In this document: one piece after another, positions 47,950 to 58,297 of the stretch
Layout of the letters: each line of letters starts with the position of its first letter
How positions within the stretch are numbered: the stretch's first letter is position 1
DNA from: Dehalococcoidia bacterium
Lineage (GTDB): Bacteria; Chloroflexota; Dehalococcoidia; Lucifugimonadales; UBA3495
Direction of reading: 5' to 3'
Assembly (NCBI GenBank): GCA_030740155.1
Contig: JASLXV010000020.1
Location: 15,994 to 79,993, forward strand
DNA length: 64,000 bases
Made by a program: the position numbers and the translations under genes
The notes under the pieces: model-generated
The model's input: the letters and a program-made list of their open reading frames with translations, nothing else
Told to the model about the DNA's origin: nothing
Databases searched by the model: none

Positions 47950-48314
47950 CTACCCGAAGTCGGCCCTACGAGGAGTCGCAAAGGGACGGAAGCCTCATCA
48001 TCACCACCAACAGTTTCCGGCAACTCGGTCCCCAGGGCGTGGCCGACCTGATCCCAAAAGCCGAGAACCAGTACATCACCGTGGATATCGATGTGATGGA
48101 CCCGAGCCAGGCGCCCGGTACGGGCACGCCCGAAACCGGAGGGCTGTACTACTCCGAGATTCGAGACTGCCTGGTGAGCCTGGCGGAGCGGGGCGGCCTG
48201 GTGGCGCTCGACATGGTGGAGGTGGCCCCGCCCTACGACTGCTCCGAAATCACGGTCCAGCTCGCCGCCCGGCTGATCATCGACGTGCTGGCCGCCCGGT
48301 TCCCTTCCCGCTGA
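47949..48314 (+). pseudogene. C-terminal third of an agmatinase/ureohydrolase
   Basis: YITVDIDVMDPSQAPGTGTPETGG and DMVEVAPPYD present; GGDH and DAHxD N-terminal motifs absent. Confidence 0.8.
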
Positions 48315-48330
48315 CCGCTTATGTAGAGCA

Positions 48331-49104
48331 CTATTGTGCCGTGATGCCTCCGTCGATCACCAGCTCGGAGCCGGTGAGGTACGACGCCTCATCGGAGGCC
48401 AAGTACAGAATGCCGTAGGCAATGTCGGAGGCGTTTCCCAGCCGGCCCAAGGGTATCCTGCCCAGCGCCGTGTCGCGGCGGCCCGGTTCGGTGTCGTATC
48501 CCCTGGTGGTCAGCGGGGTGAGCATATGTCCCGGGTGGACCGAGTTAACCCTGATATTGTCCCCGGCGTACTGGATGGCGGCTGACTTGGAGAAGAGGCG
48601 CACGGCCCCCTTGGCGGCATGGTAGGCGGCATTGGTCGGGCCGCCGACCAGGCCGTTGATTGACGAAAGGTTGATGATCGAGCCCCCGCCGATCCGGCGC
48701 ATCTCCGGGATGGCGTGCTTGGTTCCCAGAAATACCCCTTTGGCGTGGAGGGCCATCTGGCCGTCCCAAATCTCCGAGGTCGTTTCCTCCACGGTGAGGC
48801 GAGCGCTGGTGCCGGCGTTGTTCACCAGGATGTTCAGCCGGCCGAAGCGGGTCACCGTGGTCTGAATTGCGTCGATCCAGTCCTGCTCGTTGGTCACGTC
48901 CAGGCGGACGAAGATGGCGTCCCCACCGGATTCCCGTATCTGCTCGGCGGTCTTGAGACCTCCCTCCTCATTGATGTCGCTGAGGACTACCTTGGCGCCT
49001 TCCTGCGCGAACAGCCGGGCCGCGGCCCCGCCGAAGCCCATCAGCTCCCCCTCGATTCCGGTGGCCGCTCCGCTGATCAGGGCAACCTTACCTTCCAGTC
49101 TCAT
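48331..49104 (-). CDS. Short-chain dehydrogenase/reductase
   Basis: GKVALISGAA, LVNNAG, NLSS, YHAAK, IRVNSVHPG, IDGG. Confidence 0.92.
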   Translation of the reverse strand: MRLEGKVALISGAATGIEGELMGFGGAAARLFAQEGAKVVLSDINEEGGLKTAEQIRESGGDAIFVRLDVTNEQDWIDAIQTTVTRFGRLNILVNNAGTSARLTVEETTSEIWDGQMALHAKGVFLGTKHAIPEMRRIGGGSIINLSSINGLVGGPTNAAYHAAKGAVRLFSKSAAIQYAGDNIRVNSVHPGHMLTPLTTRGYDTEPGRRDTALGRIPLGRLGNASDIAYGILYLASDEASYLTGSELVIDGGITAQ

Positions 49105-49451
49105 ACAATCGTCCTCCCGAGTCTTGATTCATTCCCTGAAATGGATTCAATCCAATAAAGTGCGCCGGGCGGGTCCCTTCGATTGGGACCGGCCCCAGGG
49201 TTTCCCGGCCTGCCCAGCAGCCCCTCCGTTCTTCCTGGAGGAGTCTGGGGAATCCGCCCCCGGCGCGTCCATTCTCATCCCTCATGGCGCCGGTGGCAAC
49301 CGGCAGGCGGAATCCCCGGAAACAGGCATTGTCGACGGCCCGAGGCGGGCGGCGAGCCTTGGCTGAGGCGAAAGCCCGTTCCGTCCCCAGGGCAATTAGC
49401 GAAGCCTGTTCGAAAGGGCGCACCTCGAAACGTACGGAGCCGGGGGAGCTG

Positions 49452-49925
49452 CTACAAGGGAACGATTATCCCCTCGGTCAGGCCCCCCTCCAGGGTCAGG
49501 AATCCGATGGACGGGACCAACTTGAACCGCCTTTTTCCCGCTGCCCCGGGGTTGAAGAAGAGGGTGCGGCCCCGGCGCTCCCCGAGGGCGATGTGGCTGT
49601 GCCCGAAGACCACTACGTCGAAACCGCCCGATTGATAGCCTTCCATGGCCGGGTCGTCGAGGCCCTTCGGGACCTTTACCTGGTGGGTCATGAATACCTT
49701 GCAGCCCGCGAACACCTCCGTCGCGTCCAACGGATAGAGCGACTCCGGGCCTTCCCGGTCGACGTTGCCGCGGACCGCCGTGACGGGTGCGATGCGGCCC
49801 AGCTCCTCAATGATGCCGTTGCACCCAATATCCCCCGCGTGGAGGATATGATCGACGCCGCGCAGCAGCACGGGTACCCTTGGGTCAAGATAACCATGGG
49901 TGTCGGAGACAACCCCCACCAGCAA
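49452..49925 (-). CDS. YfcE-like metallophosphoesterase
   Basis: SDTHG, HAGD, VRGNVD, FGHSH, FNPG; TTG start after GAGGAGG. Confidence 0.88.
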   Translation of the reverse strand: MLVGVVSDTHGYLDPRVPVLLRGVDHILHAGDIGCNGIIEELGRIAPVTAVRGNVDREGPESLYPLDATEVFAGCKVFMTHQVKVPKGLDDPAMEGYQSGGFDVVVFGHSHIALGERRGRTLFFNPGAAGKRRFKLVPSIGFLTLEGGLTEGIIVPL

Positions 49926-50271
49926 CCGTCCCCCTCCTCTCGCCAATCCGCGGGAAGTCGATTTCTGAAGAGTAGATGGAGCGGGCCAGCCTGCCAACGA
50001 AGTTTTCTACCCGTTTCACAAAGCGGCCGGCCCGGTGGCCGGGACGCCGGACCCCCCAAGACATTACCCAGTTGCGGGACGAGGACCGCATCGTATTGGC
50101 CGTGGAGGCGGGCCGGTTGTAGCCCTCCCGACGTTCGAGCTGTAGGCGTAAGGCCCGGGGCTAGTCCTTTTTTCACCCGAAAACTCACCCTTCAGGGCGA
50201 TACAAAACAACAATACCCATGTCAAACTTATTGCTAAGGAGTAAAGAAAGCGTCAGTGGAGGAGGTGCATC

Positions 50272-50541
50272 ATGAGCAATCCCACCTTGGTGGACCACAA
50301 GGAAGCCATGGCACGGCAGCTCTCCGTCCTGCGGGGATATGCCAGCAAAGCCATACTTCATGGTAACAGTCTTGCTCCTGACGAAGAGGCCGACCAGTCG
50401 GACCACATGCGAGAGTTCATGGCGACGGGTGAGTCGTTCAGTCTGACCGAAAAAGAGATGGTGGACCTCATATACAGCGGGTTGTTCCAGAACCGCCGGG
50501 AATGCGGTTGCCACTCATGCCGGACACGGGTGATGGAATAG
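50272..50541 (+). CDS. Small hypothetical protein with C-terminal CxCxxC
   Basis: Strong RBS GGAGGAGGT; AT-rich upstream region; ends ECGCHSC. Confidence 0.65.
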   Translation: MSNPTLVDHKEAMARQLSVLRGYASKAILHGNSLAPDEEADQSDHMREFMATGESFSLTEKEMVDLIYSGLFQNRRECGCHSCRTRVME

Positions 50542-51008
50542 CCGGTCCGCCGGTAACCGGGCCGACGCAACACGGGCTCCGGCCCAATCAGCTTAAATCT
50601 GCTTGTTATGGCGGCCGTCCTCGGCCTGGGTCGAGGACGGCCACTTTATTGTGTCGGCGAAATCCATTCAATTCGTACACATGCTTGCCGCCCACTTAAG
50701 CGAGCACCTTCTTTGCCGGTTGCAGATCCTCCATTCGGAGACCCACTGCCGGCAGGTTGTTTTCCGGCCAACCAGGCCCCCGGTGAACACTTCACGAATA
50801 ACCTTATCCCGGTCTTTTGCCAGTCCGGCATAACCAAGCCGCCTGTTTCTTTTGCTCTGCCTGTACCTCGCCGCCTGGTGGCGAAGCTGGTAGAATAGGG
50901 GTGCCTGGGGACCGGCGGCGGCGCTCATGAGGGCCTGGCCGTTTGACGCCGGGACCGCGCGGCCTTGTCGCCGGGGAAGTAAGCCCGAAAACTAAGCGAG
51001 GTACTAAC

Positions 51009-51824
51009 ATGGACTGGGGAATGGCAAATCGCATGGCGCAGTTGATCCAATCGGACGGCCGTTGTTTGTACCTTCCAATTGACCACGGATACTTCCAGGG
51101 TCCCACCAGAATGCTGGAGGAACCCGGCAAGACTCTGGCGCCGCTGCTCCCCTTTACCGATGCGGTTTTTGTTACCAGGGGGGTGCTACGCGCATCAGTC
51201 GACCCGGCCAAGGCCAAGCCGATCATCCTCAGGGTTTCCGGCGGAACGAGCATGGTGGGGAAGGACCTGGCGGACGAGGGAGTAACCACCTCCATGGAGG
51301 ATGCTATCCGGCTGAACGTGGCGGCGGTGGGTATTTCCATCTTTGTCGGCACCGATTACGAGCGCCAGTCACTGCTGAATCTGGGCAAGCTCGTCAATGA
51401 GGGCGAAAAATACGGTATTCCGGTAATGGCCGTTACCGCGGTTGGCCGGGAGTTGGTTCGAGATGCCCGTTACCTCGCCTTGAGCTGCCGCATCGCCGCC
51501 GAGCTGGGGGCTCGAGTGGTGAAAACCTACTGGTGCGCCGAGGATTTCGACAAGATAGTGACGGGATGCCCGGTTCCGGTGGTCATGGCCGGGGGGCCCC
51601 AGGTGGACACCGAACTGGAGGTGTTCGAGTTTGTACACGATGGCCTGCAGAACGGCGCCATTGGAGTGAACCTGGGGAGGAACATCTGGCAGAACAACCA
51701 CCCCGTAGCCATGATCCGGGCGTTGCGCCACATCATCCACGAAAACGGCTCCGTCGACGAGGCGGATCAGATGTTCACAAGTATCAAGGCCGGCGAACTC
51801 AGCGCCGTACCGATGTCGGTCTAA
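51009..51824 (+). CDS. lsrF: LsrF-like thiolase / class I aldolase
   Basis: MDWGMANR, IDHGYFQGP, RIAAELGARVVKTY, CPVPVVMAGG, GRNIWQ. Confidence 0.88.
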   Translation: MDWGMANRMAQLIQSDGRCLYLPIDHGYFQGPTRMLEEPGKTLAPLLPFTDAVFVTRGVLRASVDPAKAKPIILRVSGGTSMVGKDLADEGVTTSMEDAIRLNVAAVGISIFVGTDYERQSLLNLGKLVNEGEKYGIPVMAVTAVGRELVRDARYLALSCRIAAELGARVVKTYWCAEDFDKIVTGCPVPVVMAGGPQVDTELEVFEFVHDGLQNGAIGVNLGRNIWQNNHPVAMIRALRHIIHENGSVDEADQMFTSIKAGELSAVPMSV

Positions 51825-51892
51825 TGCCGAAGCCGGGGCGTCTCGCTGCTCCATGAGTAGAACGCGGGAACTCGCGAGACAATGGCTCGCCG

Positions 51893-51940
51893 AAATCCCC
51901 CTGAATCCCCTTCACGAAAGCGGGACCGACGGGGGATTTC
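51893..51940. repeat. CCCCTT-N-AAAG repeat copy
   Basis: GAAATCCCCCTGAATCCCCTTCACGAAAGCGGGACCGACGGGGGATTTC. Confidence 0.65.
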
Positions 51941-51999
51941 ACCCATCATTGCAACTTTCTCTCGCAACTTACTATGCTGATCTGCTGAGGTACGGCTAA

Positions 52000-53028
52000 A
52001 TGCGCGTGGCGATGTATTACAACAACCAGGACGTGCGGGTCGAGGAGATGCCGGTGCCGGCCGTCGGTCCTGGGGAGCTTCTGGTCCGCGTCGAGGCCAG
52101 CGGCATCTGCGGCAGCGACGTCATGGAATGGTATCGCATCGCCCGGGCGCCCCTGGTGTTGGGACACGAACTGGCCGGTGTGGTTACCCAAGTTGGGGAT
52201 GGAGTGGACCGCTACCGGGTGGGCGACCGGGTTTTGGTGACCCATCACGTGCCTTGCAACACCTGCTACCACTGCTTGAACGGCCATCACACCGTCTGCG
52301 ACACCCTCCGTCAGACCACCTTCGATCCGGGGGGATTCACCGAGTACCTTCGGGTTCCCGCGATCAACGTCGACCGCGGGGTGTGCCTGCTGCCCGAGGA
52401 AGTGTCCTTCGAAGACGCAACGTTCGTCGAACCGCTGGGCTGCGTTCTCCGCGCGCAGCAGCGAGCGGCATTGCCGGCGGGCCGGAGCGTTCTGGTCCTG
52501 GGCAGCGGCCTCACCGGGCTGCTGCACATTCAGTTGGCCGGAGCCCTGGGCGCAGGCCGGATAATGGCCACGGATATGGTCGATTACCGGTTGGAGGCGG
52601 CGCGGCGGTTCGGGGCCGAAGCCGTCTTCCGGGCGAGCGAGGATGTGCCGGCCCGGCTGCTTGAAGTCAACGAAGGACGGCTGGCCGATCTGGTAGTAGT
52701 CTGCACCGGGGCCATACCGGCTCTCCAGCAGGCGCTGCAATCGGTGGAGCGCGGCGGCACGGTCCTCTTCTTCGCGCCCACCGAGCCGGGCGCCACTCTC
52801 TCCGTGTCGGTGAACGACACCTTCTTCCGGAACAACGTTACCCTCACCACCTCCTACGCCGCCGGTCCCGCCGACCTGGCCACGGCGCTGGAGCTGATCC
52901 GGTCCCGAAGGGTGCGGGTAGGCGACATGATAACCCACCGGCTGGGTCTGGCGGACACGGGCCTCGGGTTCAAGCTTACGTCCGAGGCCCAGTCCTCGCT
53001 GAAGGTGATCGTCGAACCCCAGAGATAG
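52000..53028 (+). CDS. Zn-dependent (polyol-type) alcohol dehydrogenase
   Basis: GICGSD, GHE, CNTCYHC...C, EPLGC, GSGLTG. Confidence 0.9.
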   Translation: MRVAMYYNNQDVRVEEMPVPAVGPGELLVRVEASGICGSDVMEWYRIARAPLVLGHELAGVVTQVGDGVDRYRVGDRVLVTHHVPCNTCYHCLNGHHTVCDTLRQTTFDPGGFTEYLRVPAINVDRGVCLLPEEVSFEDATFVEPLGCVLRAQQRAALPAGRSVLVLGSGLTGLLHIQLAGALGAGRIMATDMVDYRLEAARRFGAEAVFRASEDVPARLLEVNEGRLADLVVVCTGAIPALQQALQSVERGGTVLFFAPTEPGATLSVSVNDTFFRNNVTLTTSYAAGPADLATALELIRSRRVRVGDMITHRLGLADTGLGFKLTSEAQSSLKVIVEPQR

Positions 53029-53208
53029 CGGTCCACCGGGACCAGCTTTTTCCAGCCGTCCGTGCTCGACGTTTCGTCAAGGGTCCGTTAGGGCTTGATT
53101 TTCGATGGGGGTCGCCGTGGGCGGGAACCCGCGGCGCTGTCGGTAGGGGTAATGACAGGTTCCCAAAGTCGTGATTCCAAAGTCGTGATTCCAAGGAGGG
53201 CTTGAGCG

Positions 53209-54906
53209 ATGAGCCAGGCTTACGACGGCGGAGAAGCCGTTCTAGAGGCGTTCCGGAAGCTGGGTGTCGACTACATCATCGCCTCACCGGGGTCCGAGTG
53301 GCCGCCGGTGTGGGAGGCCCTGGCCCGCCAACGGGCCGACGAAACCGAAGGACCCGGATACATCCATTGCTGGCATGAGAGTTTGGCGGTGGCCCTTGCC
53401 ATGGGGTACACCCGGTTGACCGGCCGGCTTCAGGCGCTCCTCCTCCACGCCGGCGTGGGGCCTCTGCAGGCTTCGATGGCCCTGGAAGCCGCTTATCAGG
53501 GCGAAGTTCCGATGCTGGTGTGCTCCGGCGGCTCCTCCACCTACGGAGAAGACCCGGCTTTCGACCCGGGGTGGCAATGGATGCGCAACCACGGCGTCGT
53601 GGGAGGCGCCAACCGGCTGGTGGACTCGGTGGTGAAGTGGAGCGGACACGTGAGCAGCCCCCCGACCCTGTACGACACCCTGAGCCGGGCCGGAGAGTTG
53701 GCCCAACGAGTGCCGAGGGGCCCCACCTACTTGAACATTCCCCTGGAAACCATGCTCCACGAATGGACCTCACCTTCCAGAACGCGCCCGGTGCCTGCCT
53801 CGCCGAAAACTCAGCCGGAAACGGCGGCCATAAAACGGGTTGCCGAGCTGATCGCCTCCAGCCGAAACCCTCTGGCCGTGAGCGACAGCGCCGGGCGGGA
53901 CGTGGCGGCCTTCCGGCACCTGGTGGAGCTAGCCGAGCTGATGGGCATGCCGGTGGTCGAGGGCGGGACACCCCTGTACGCCAACTTTCCCAAGGACCAC
54001 CCCCTCCACTTGGGCTACGACGTGAAGCGTTTCCAGAGCCAGTCGGACCTGTTCCTGGTCATTGGGAGCAGCGTTCCCTGGTACCCGCCCAGCTCCCGGC
54101 CCGCCCAAGGGACCGTGGTGGTGATAGACGAAAACCCCATCAAGGCCCAGATGGCGTACCAGAGCCTACAGGCTGACATCTACCTCGAAGGAGATGTGGC
54201 CACCACGTTGAAGCTACTGGTCGAAGACCTTCGAGTCTCCGCCTCCGGTGACGGCCGGGTGAAGGAGCGGAGGAACCACTGGGAGGACGAGCACCGCAAG
54301 TTACAGGAGGGCTATCAAGCCGCCGCTCTCACGGCCAAGGGCCGGCAGCCAATCGACGCGGAATGGCTGTGCGCCGCGCTGAACGAGGCGATGCCGCAGG
54401 ATGCAATCTACATTGAAGAAACCATCATGCACCGGCAGGCGATTCTGCGCCAGATTCGGTGGAACCAGCCCCAGAGCTATATTCATCCCACCGGCGGACT
54501 GGGCCTGGGCCTCGGCCTGGCGCTGGGCGCCAAGCTGGCAGCCCCGCAACGTACCATTGTAGCCCTAGAAGGAGACGGCTCGTTCCTCTACAACCCCATT
54601 ATTCCCGCGTTGGGGATGGCTCAAGAGTACAACCTGCCAATACTCATCGTGGTCTTCAACAACGGTGGCTACGGCGTAATGAAGCGAAGCCACCTCGATT
54701 TTTACCCTCAAGGGGTTGCCGCCGGCACCGGGGTATTCCACGGCGTGGACATCGCGGGGCCCAACTACGCCCAGCTCGTGGAACCTTTCGGCGGCTACGG
54801 GGAGCGGGTAGAGGATCCGGAGATACTGGCGCCCGCAATCAGGAATGCACTGGCAGCGGTGAAAGAGGGCCGGGTGGCGCTCCTCGACGTTGTCCTGGCC
54901 GCCTGA
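53209..54906 (+). CDS. Thiamine diphosphate-dependent enzyme (acetolactate synthase / benzoylformate decarboxylase-like)
   Basis: PGSEWPP, HESLAV, GDGSFLY...VFNNGGY. Confidence 0.9.
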   Translation: MSQAYDGGEAVLEAFRKLGVDYIIASPGSEWPPVWEALARQRADETEGPGYIHCWHESLAVALAMGYTRLTGRLQALLLHAGVGPLQASMALEAAYQGEVPMLVCSGGSSTYGEDPAFDPGWQWMRNHGVVGGANRLVDSVVKWSGHVSSPPTLYDTLSRAGELAQRVPRGPTYLNIPLETMLHEWTSPSRTRPVPASPKTQPETAAIKRVAELIASSRNPLAVSDSAGRDVAAFRHLVELAELMGMPVVEGGTPLYANFPKDHPLHLGYDVKRFQSQSDLFLVIGSSVPWYPPSSRPAQGTVVVIDENPIKAQMAYQSLQADIYLEGDVATTLKLLVEDLRVSASGDGRVKERRNHWEDEHRKLQEGYQAAALTAKGRQPIDAEWLCAALNEAMPQDAIYIEETIMHRQAILRQIRWNQPQSYIHPTGGLGLGLGLALGAKLAAPQRTIVALEGDGSFLYNPIIPALGMAQEYNLPILIVVFNNGGYGVMKRSHLDFYPQGVAAGTGVFHGVDIAGPNYAQLVEPFGGYGERVEDPEILAPAIRNALAAVKEGRVALLDVVLAA

Positions 54907-55089
54907 CCGCCGGCAGCCCCCTGGGAATATCTTCCACTCCGCGGAGAGCGGCGTTCGCTGAAGGATCTGCCACGGATTATTTCTGGATACGGTTTCTACC
55001 TACCCTGAAGCCGTGGGGGACGTGGTTGCAACGGTTCCAAGGGTCTGCTAACCTTACCCGTACTATCCTGGCGAGGGAGAGAACTCTCA

Positions 55090-55848
55090 ATGTCCGGTAA
55101 CACCCAGGTCAAAGCCGCCCTGTTCGTCACTTGCATCGTGGACCAGCTCTATCCCGAGGTGGGGGCAAGCGTGGTGCGGGTGTTGCGACGGCTGGGCGCG
55201 GACGTTGAATTCCCCCTGGACCAAACCTGCTGCGGCCAGCCGGTGTACAATTCCGGGTTCACGGGGCCGGCTCGGCTGCTGGCCCGGCGGGTCCTCAGCA
55301 CCTTCGCCGAAAGCCGGTACGTGGTGGTGCCCTCCGGCTCCTGCGCGGCCATGATGCGGGTCTTCTACCCGGAACTCTTCAAAGACGACCCAGCCTTATT
55401 ACGGCAAGCCCAGGAACTATCGGCCAAGGTCTACGAGTTTTCCGAGTTCCTGGTCAAAGTCCTTGGGGTCGAGGACCTTGGAGTCAGCAATCCGGATACG
55501 GCAACCTATCACCCCGGCTGCCACCAGCTTCGGGAGTTGGAGGTCCGGGATGAGCCTTTGAAGCTGCTCCGCCAAGTCGGCAGCCTGGAGCTGCGGGACC
55601 TGCCCCACGCAGAGTCCTGCTGCGGTTTCGGCGGGGCTTTCTCGGTCAAGTTCCCCCACATCTCCGAGGGGATGCTCTCCGACAAGGTGAAGAACGTAAT
55701 GTCTACCGGGGCCGACACCCTGGTCTCCTGCGATATGGGTTGCCTGATGCACATCGGGGGCGCTCTCAGCCGCCAGGGTTCCGGCATCCGGCTGCAACAC
55801 CTGGCCCAGGTCCTGGACCGGGAGGCTGACTCGCCGCCTGCCGGCTGA
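55090..55848 (+). CDS. lutA: Lactate utilisation protein A (CCG domains)
   Basis: LFVTCIVD, QTCCGQP, PSGSCAAM, CCGFGGAFSVK, DMGCLMHI. Confidence 0.9.
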   Translation: MSGNTQVKAALFVTCIVDQLYPEVGASVVRVLRRLGADVEFPLDQTCCGQPVYNSGFTGPARLLARRVLSTFAESRYVVVPSGSCAAMMRVFYPELFKDDPALLRQAQELSAKVYEFSEFLVKVLGVEDLGVSNPDTATYHPGCHQLRELEVRDEPLKLLRQVGSLELRDLPHAESCCGFGGAFSVKFPHISEGMLSDKVKNVMSTGADTLVSCDMGCLMHIGGALSRQGSGIRLQHLAQVLDREADSPPAG

Positions 55849-55973
55849 CGGCCAGGCAGTTGTCAATGCCAGCATCCGCGCCGGTTGCCACCGGCGCCTT
55901 TTGAGATGACGCTAGAAGGGCAAGCCCGGCTCCGGTCTTCCTACCAATAGCCGGGGCAAAAGGACTACAGCAA

Positions 55974-57455
55974 TTGGCCGAAATCAAGACCCATGACTTC
56001 TTCGGAGCCTCCGAGCGCTCCATGCGAGACCCTCAACTTCAGGTGGCGTTGCGGCGCGTCGGCTCGGGCTTCGATACTGCCCGGCTGCAGGCTATCGACG
56101 AGGTCACGCCTCAGGCCTGGCAGGAGTGGCGGGAACAGGCTCGGCAGATCAAGGTCCACGCCCTGAATCACATGGACTATTACCTGGAACTCCTCTATGA
56201 CTCCGTGACCAGGGCCGGAGGGCAGGTGCACTTCGCCGCCGACGCTGAAGAAGCCAACGCCATCGTCGCAGACCTGGCGCGGACCCGGAACGTGCGCATC
56301 GCCACCAAGAGCAAATCCATGGTCTCCGAGGAGTTGGCCCTCAACCCCGTCCTGGAGTCGCTGGGGGTCGAAGTATATGAGACCGACCTGGGTGAGTACA
56401 TCATCCAACTGGCGGGGGAGACGCCCTCTCACTTGGTGGCGCCGGCCTTGCACAAGAGCAAGGAGGACGTGGCCCGGCTGTTTACCGAGAAGCTGGGCCT
56501 GGCCCACATGGACGGTATCGAAGACATGGCCCGCGCCGCCCGGGAGGTGCTGCGGGAGAAGTTCTTTCAGGCAGACCTGGGCATCAGCGGGGCCAACTTC
56601 GTGGTGGCTGAGACCGGCACGACGGTCATCATCACCAACGAAGGCAACGGGCGGCTCTGCACCTCCGCTCCTCGAATGCACATCGCCATCGCCGGAATGG
56701 AGAAGGTCATTCCCTCGATGCAGGACCTGGCCGTGTTCCTCCGGCTGCTGCCCCGCTCAGCCACCGGCCAACGGATAACCAGCTACGTCAGCATGATCAC
56801 CGGCCCTCGCCGCCGGGATGACGAAGACGGCCCCGAGGAGTTTCACCTGGTGCTGGTCGACAACGGGCGCTCCCGTTTGCTCGCCGACCCGGAGCTGCGA
56901 GAAGCCCTCTATTGCATCCGCTGCGGGGCCTGCTTGAACATCTGTCCGGTGTACCAGAAGGTTGGCGGGCACGCCTATGGCTGGGTCTACCCCGGCCCCA
57001 TCGGAGCCGTGATCTCTCCCATGCTGGTCGGTTTGAAGCAGGCCAAGGACCTGCCCTTTGCTTCTAGCCTTTGCGGGGCCTGCCGGGAAGCCTGCCCGCT
57101 GAAGATCAACATTCCGCGAATGCTGCTGCATCTGCGTCACAAGCTGGCGGAGAGCCCGGACCCGGAGGAGAGGGCCGTGGGGGAGGTCGAAAAGCTGCTG
57201 GCCCGGGGCTACGCCCGGCTAATGAGCGGACCGGGGCTCGTGTCCCTTCTCCACAAAGTGGGACGCATTGTACAAGCGCCCTTCCTGAAGCTTCCGGCGT
57301 CCCCGTTCTCGAGTAAAGGCCGGTGGATCCGGCGGGCCCCTTTCCCCCTCCTGTCCCGCTGGACCAGGGCCCGAGACCTGCCGGCCTTGCCACCCCGGAC
57401 TTTCCACGAAATCTGGCAGCGAGAGCTGGCCCGGGAGTCGGACGTTGACGCCTAA
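55974..57455 (+). CDS. lutB: Lactate utilisation Fe-S protein B
   Basis: KSKSMVSEE, ETDLGEYIIQ, TNEGNG, CIRCGACLNICP, CGACREACP. Confidence 0.92.
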   Translation: MAEIKTHDFFGASERSMRDPQLQVALRRVGSGFDTARLQAIDEVTPQAWQEWREQARQIKVHALNHMDYYLELLYDSVTRAGGQVHFAADAEEANAIVADLARTRNVRIATKSKSMVSEELALNPVLESLGVEVYETDLGEYIIQLAGETPSHLVAPALHKSKEDVARLFTEKLGLAHMDGIEDMARAAREVLREKFFQADLGISGANFVVAETGTTVIITNEGNGRLCTSAPRMHIAIAGMEKVIPSMQDLAVFLRLLPRSATGQRITSYVSMITGPRRRDDEDGPEEFHLVLVDNGRSRLLADPELREALYCIRCGACLNICPVYQKVGGHAYGWVYPGPIGAVISPMLVGLKQAKDLPFASSLCGACREACPLKINIPRMLLHLRHKLAESPDPEERAVGEVEKLLARGYARLMSGPGLVSLLHKVGRIVQAPFLKLPASPFSSKGRWIRRAPFPLLSRWTRARDLPALPPRTFHEIWQRELARESDVDA

Positions 57456-58200
57456 GACGGCTGGACCGCCGGGGACCCCAAAGGACGAGTTTCTGAGAAT
57501 GGTGCGAAGGGCCTTGGGCCGGGACGCGGCGCCTCCGGTCCCTCCGTATCCTCGCCTGGAGGACACCCTTGCCGGCCTGGAAGCCGAGGCCGCCGCGGTC
57601 CGCCGCCGGGTGGCCGGGGACCATACGGTCCTCCTGGACCGGATGGCCCGGATGGCCGAGCTAGGCGGTTGGAACGTGCACCGGCCAGCGAACTACGAAG
57701 AAGCCCTCGGTTACATTGGAGCTTTGGCCGCGTCTCTGGGCGTCGAACGGGTGGTGCGGACCGCTCAAGAAGTATTCGAACAGGTGCCGGTTGACGCCGT
57801 GCTCCAAGACCTGGGCGTCTCCGTTACCACCGTGGCCCATGGGGAGGCCCACTCCAGGGAGTCGCTCCGGCAGGAGATCATAGCCGCCGGAATCGGGATA
57901 ACCGGCGCGGATTACGCCCTGGCCGAGACCGGCACCGTGGTGCTGCTGGCCCGCCAAGGAATGGGCCGGCTGGTGTCGCTGGTCCCACCGGTGCATGTCG
58001 CCTTGGTGCGGCCCCAAGACGTGTTAGAAACCCTGGATGACTTCTTCCTGCTGCGCCGTCTCCAGTACCACCGGGAAGGCGGCGAGATGGGTAGCTACCT
58101 GAACTTCATTACCGGCCCTAGCCGCACGGCGGACATCGAGCAGACCCTGGTGGTCGGCGTCCACGGTCCGAAAGAGGTGCACCTGGTGCTGTTGGGGTAG
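57445..58200 (+). CDS. lutC: Lactate utilisation protein C (LUD domain)
   Basis: AETGTV, LVPPVH, ITGPSRTADIEQTLVVGVHGP. Confidence 0.9.
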   Translation: MTPKTAGPPGTPKDEFLRMVRRALGRDAAPPVPPYPRLEDTLAGLEAEAAAVRRRVAGDHTVLLDRMARMAELGGWNVHRPANYEEALGYIGALAASLGVERVVRTAQEVFEQVPVDAVLQDLGVSVTTVAHGEAHSRESLRQEIIAAGIGITGADYALAETGTVVLLARQGMGRLVSLVPPVHVALVRPQDVLETLDDFFLLRRLQYHREGGEMGSYLNFITGPSRTADIEQTLVVGVHGPKEVHLVLLG

Positions 58201-58214
58201 CCCCCACGCACCGG

Positions 58215-58243
58215 ATTGGGCACAGAGACACGGAGGCACAAAG
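58215..58243 (+). repeat. CACAGAG-type repeat, single arm
   Basis: ATTGGGCACAGAGACACGGAGGCACAAAG; direct repeat of 59054-59083. Confidence 0.7.
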
Positions 58244-58297
58244 TTTTACGATTAGGTTCTCTGGGCCTCCGTGGCCAATAATAGTCAGGAGAGCGAC

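Noticed and set aside
49165..49320. GC-rich nested hairpins upstream of the SDR gene as a riboswitch
   Set aside because: No known aptamer consensus; pairings are plausible by chance or from a decayed repeat in GC-rich DNA.
50600..50930. Possible degraded minus-strand gene (..LPAVGLRMEDLQPAKKVLA*VGGKHVYELNG..)
   Set aside because: Protein-like but interrupted, with no family I can support.
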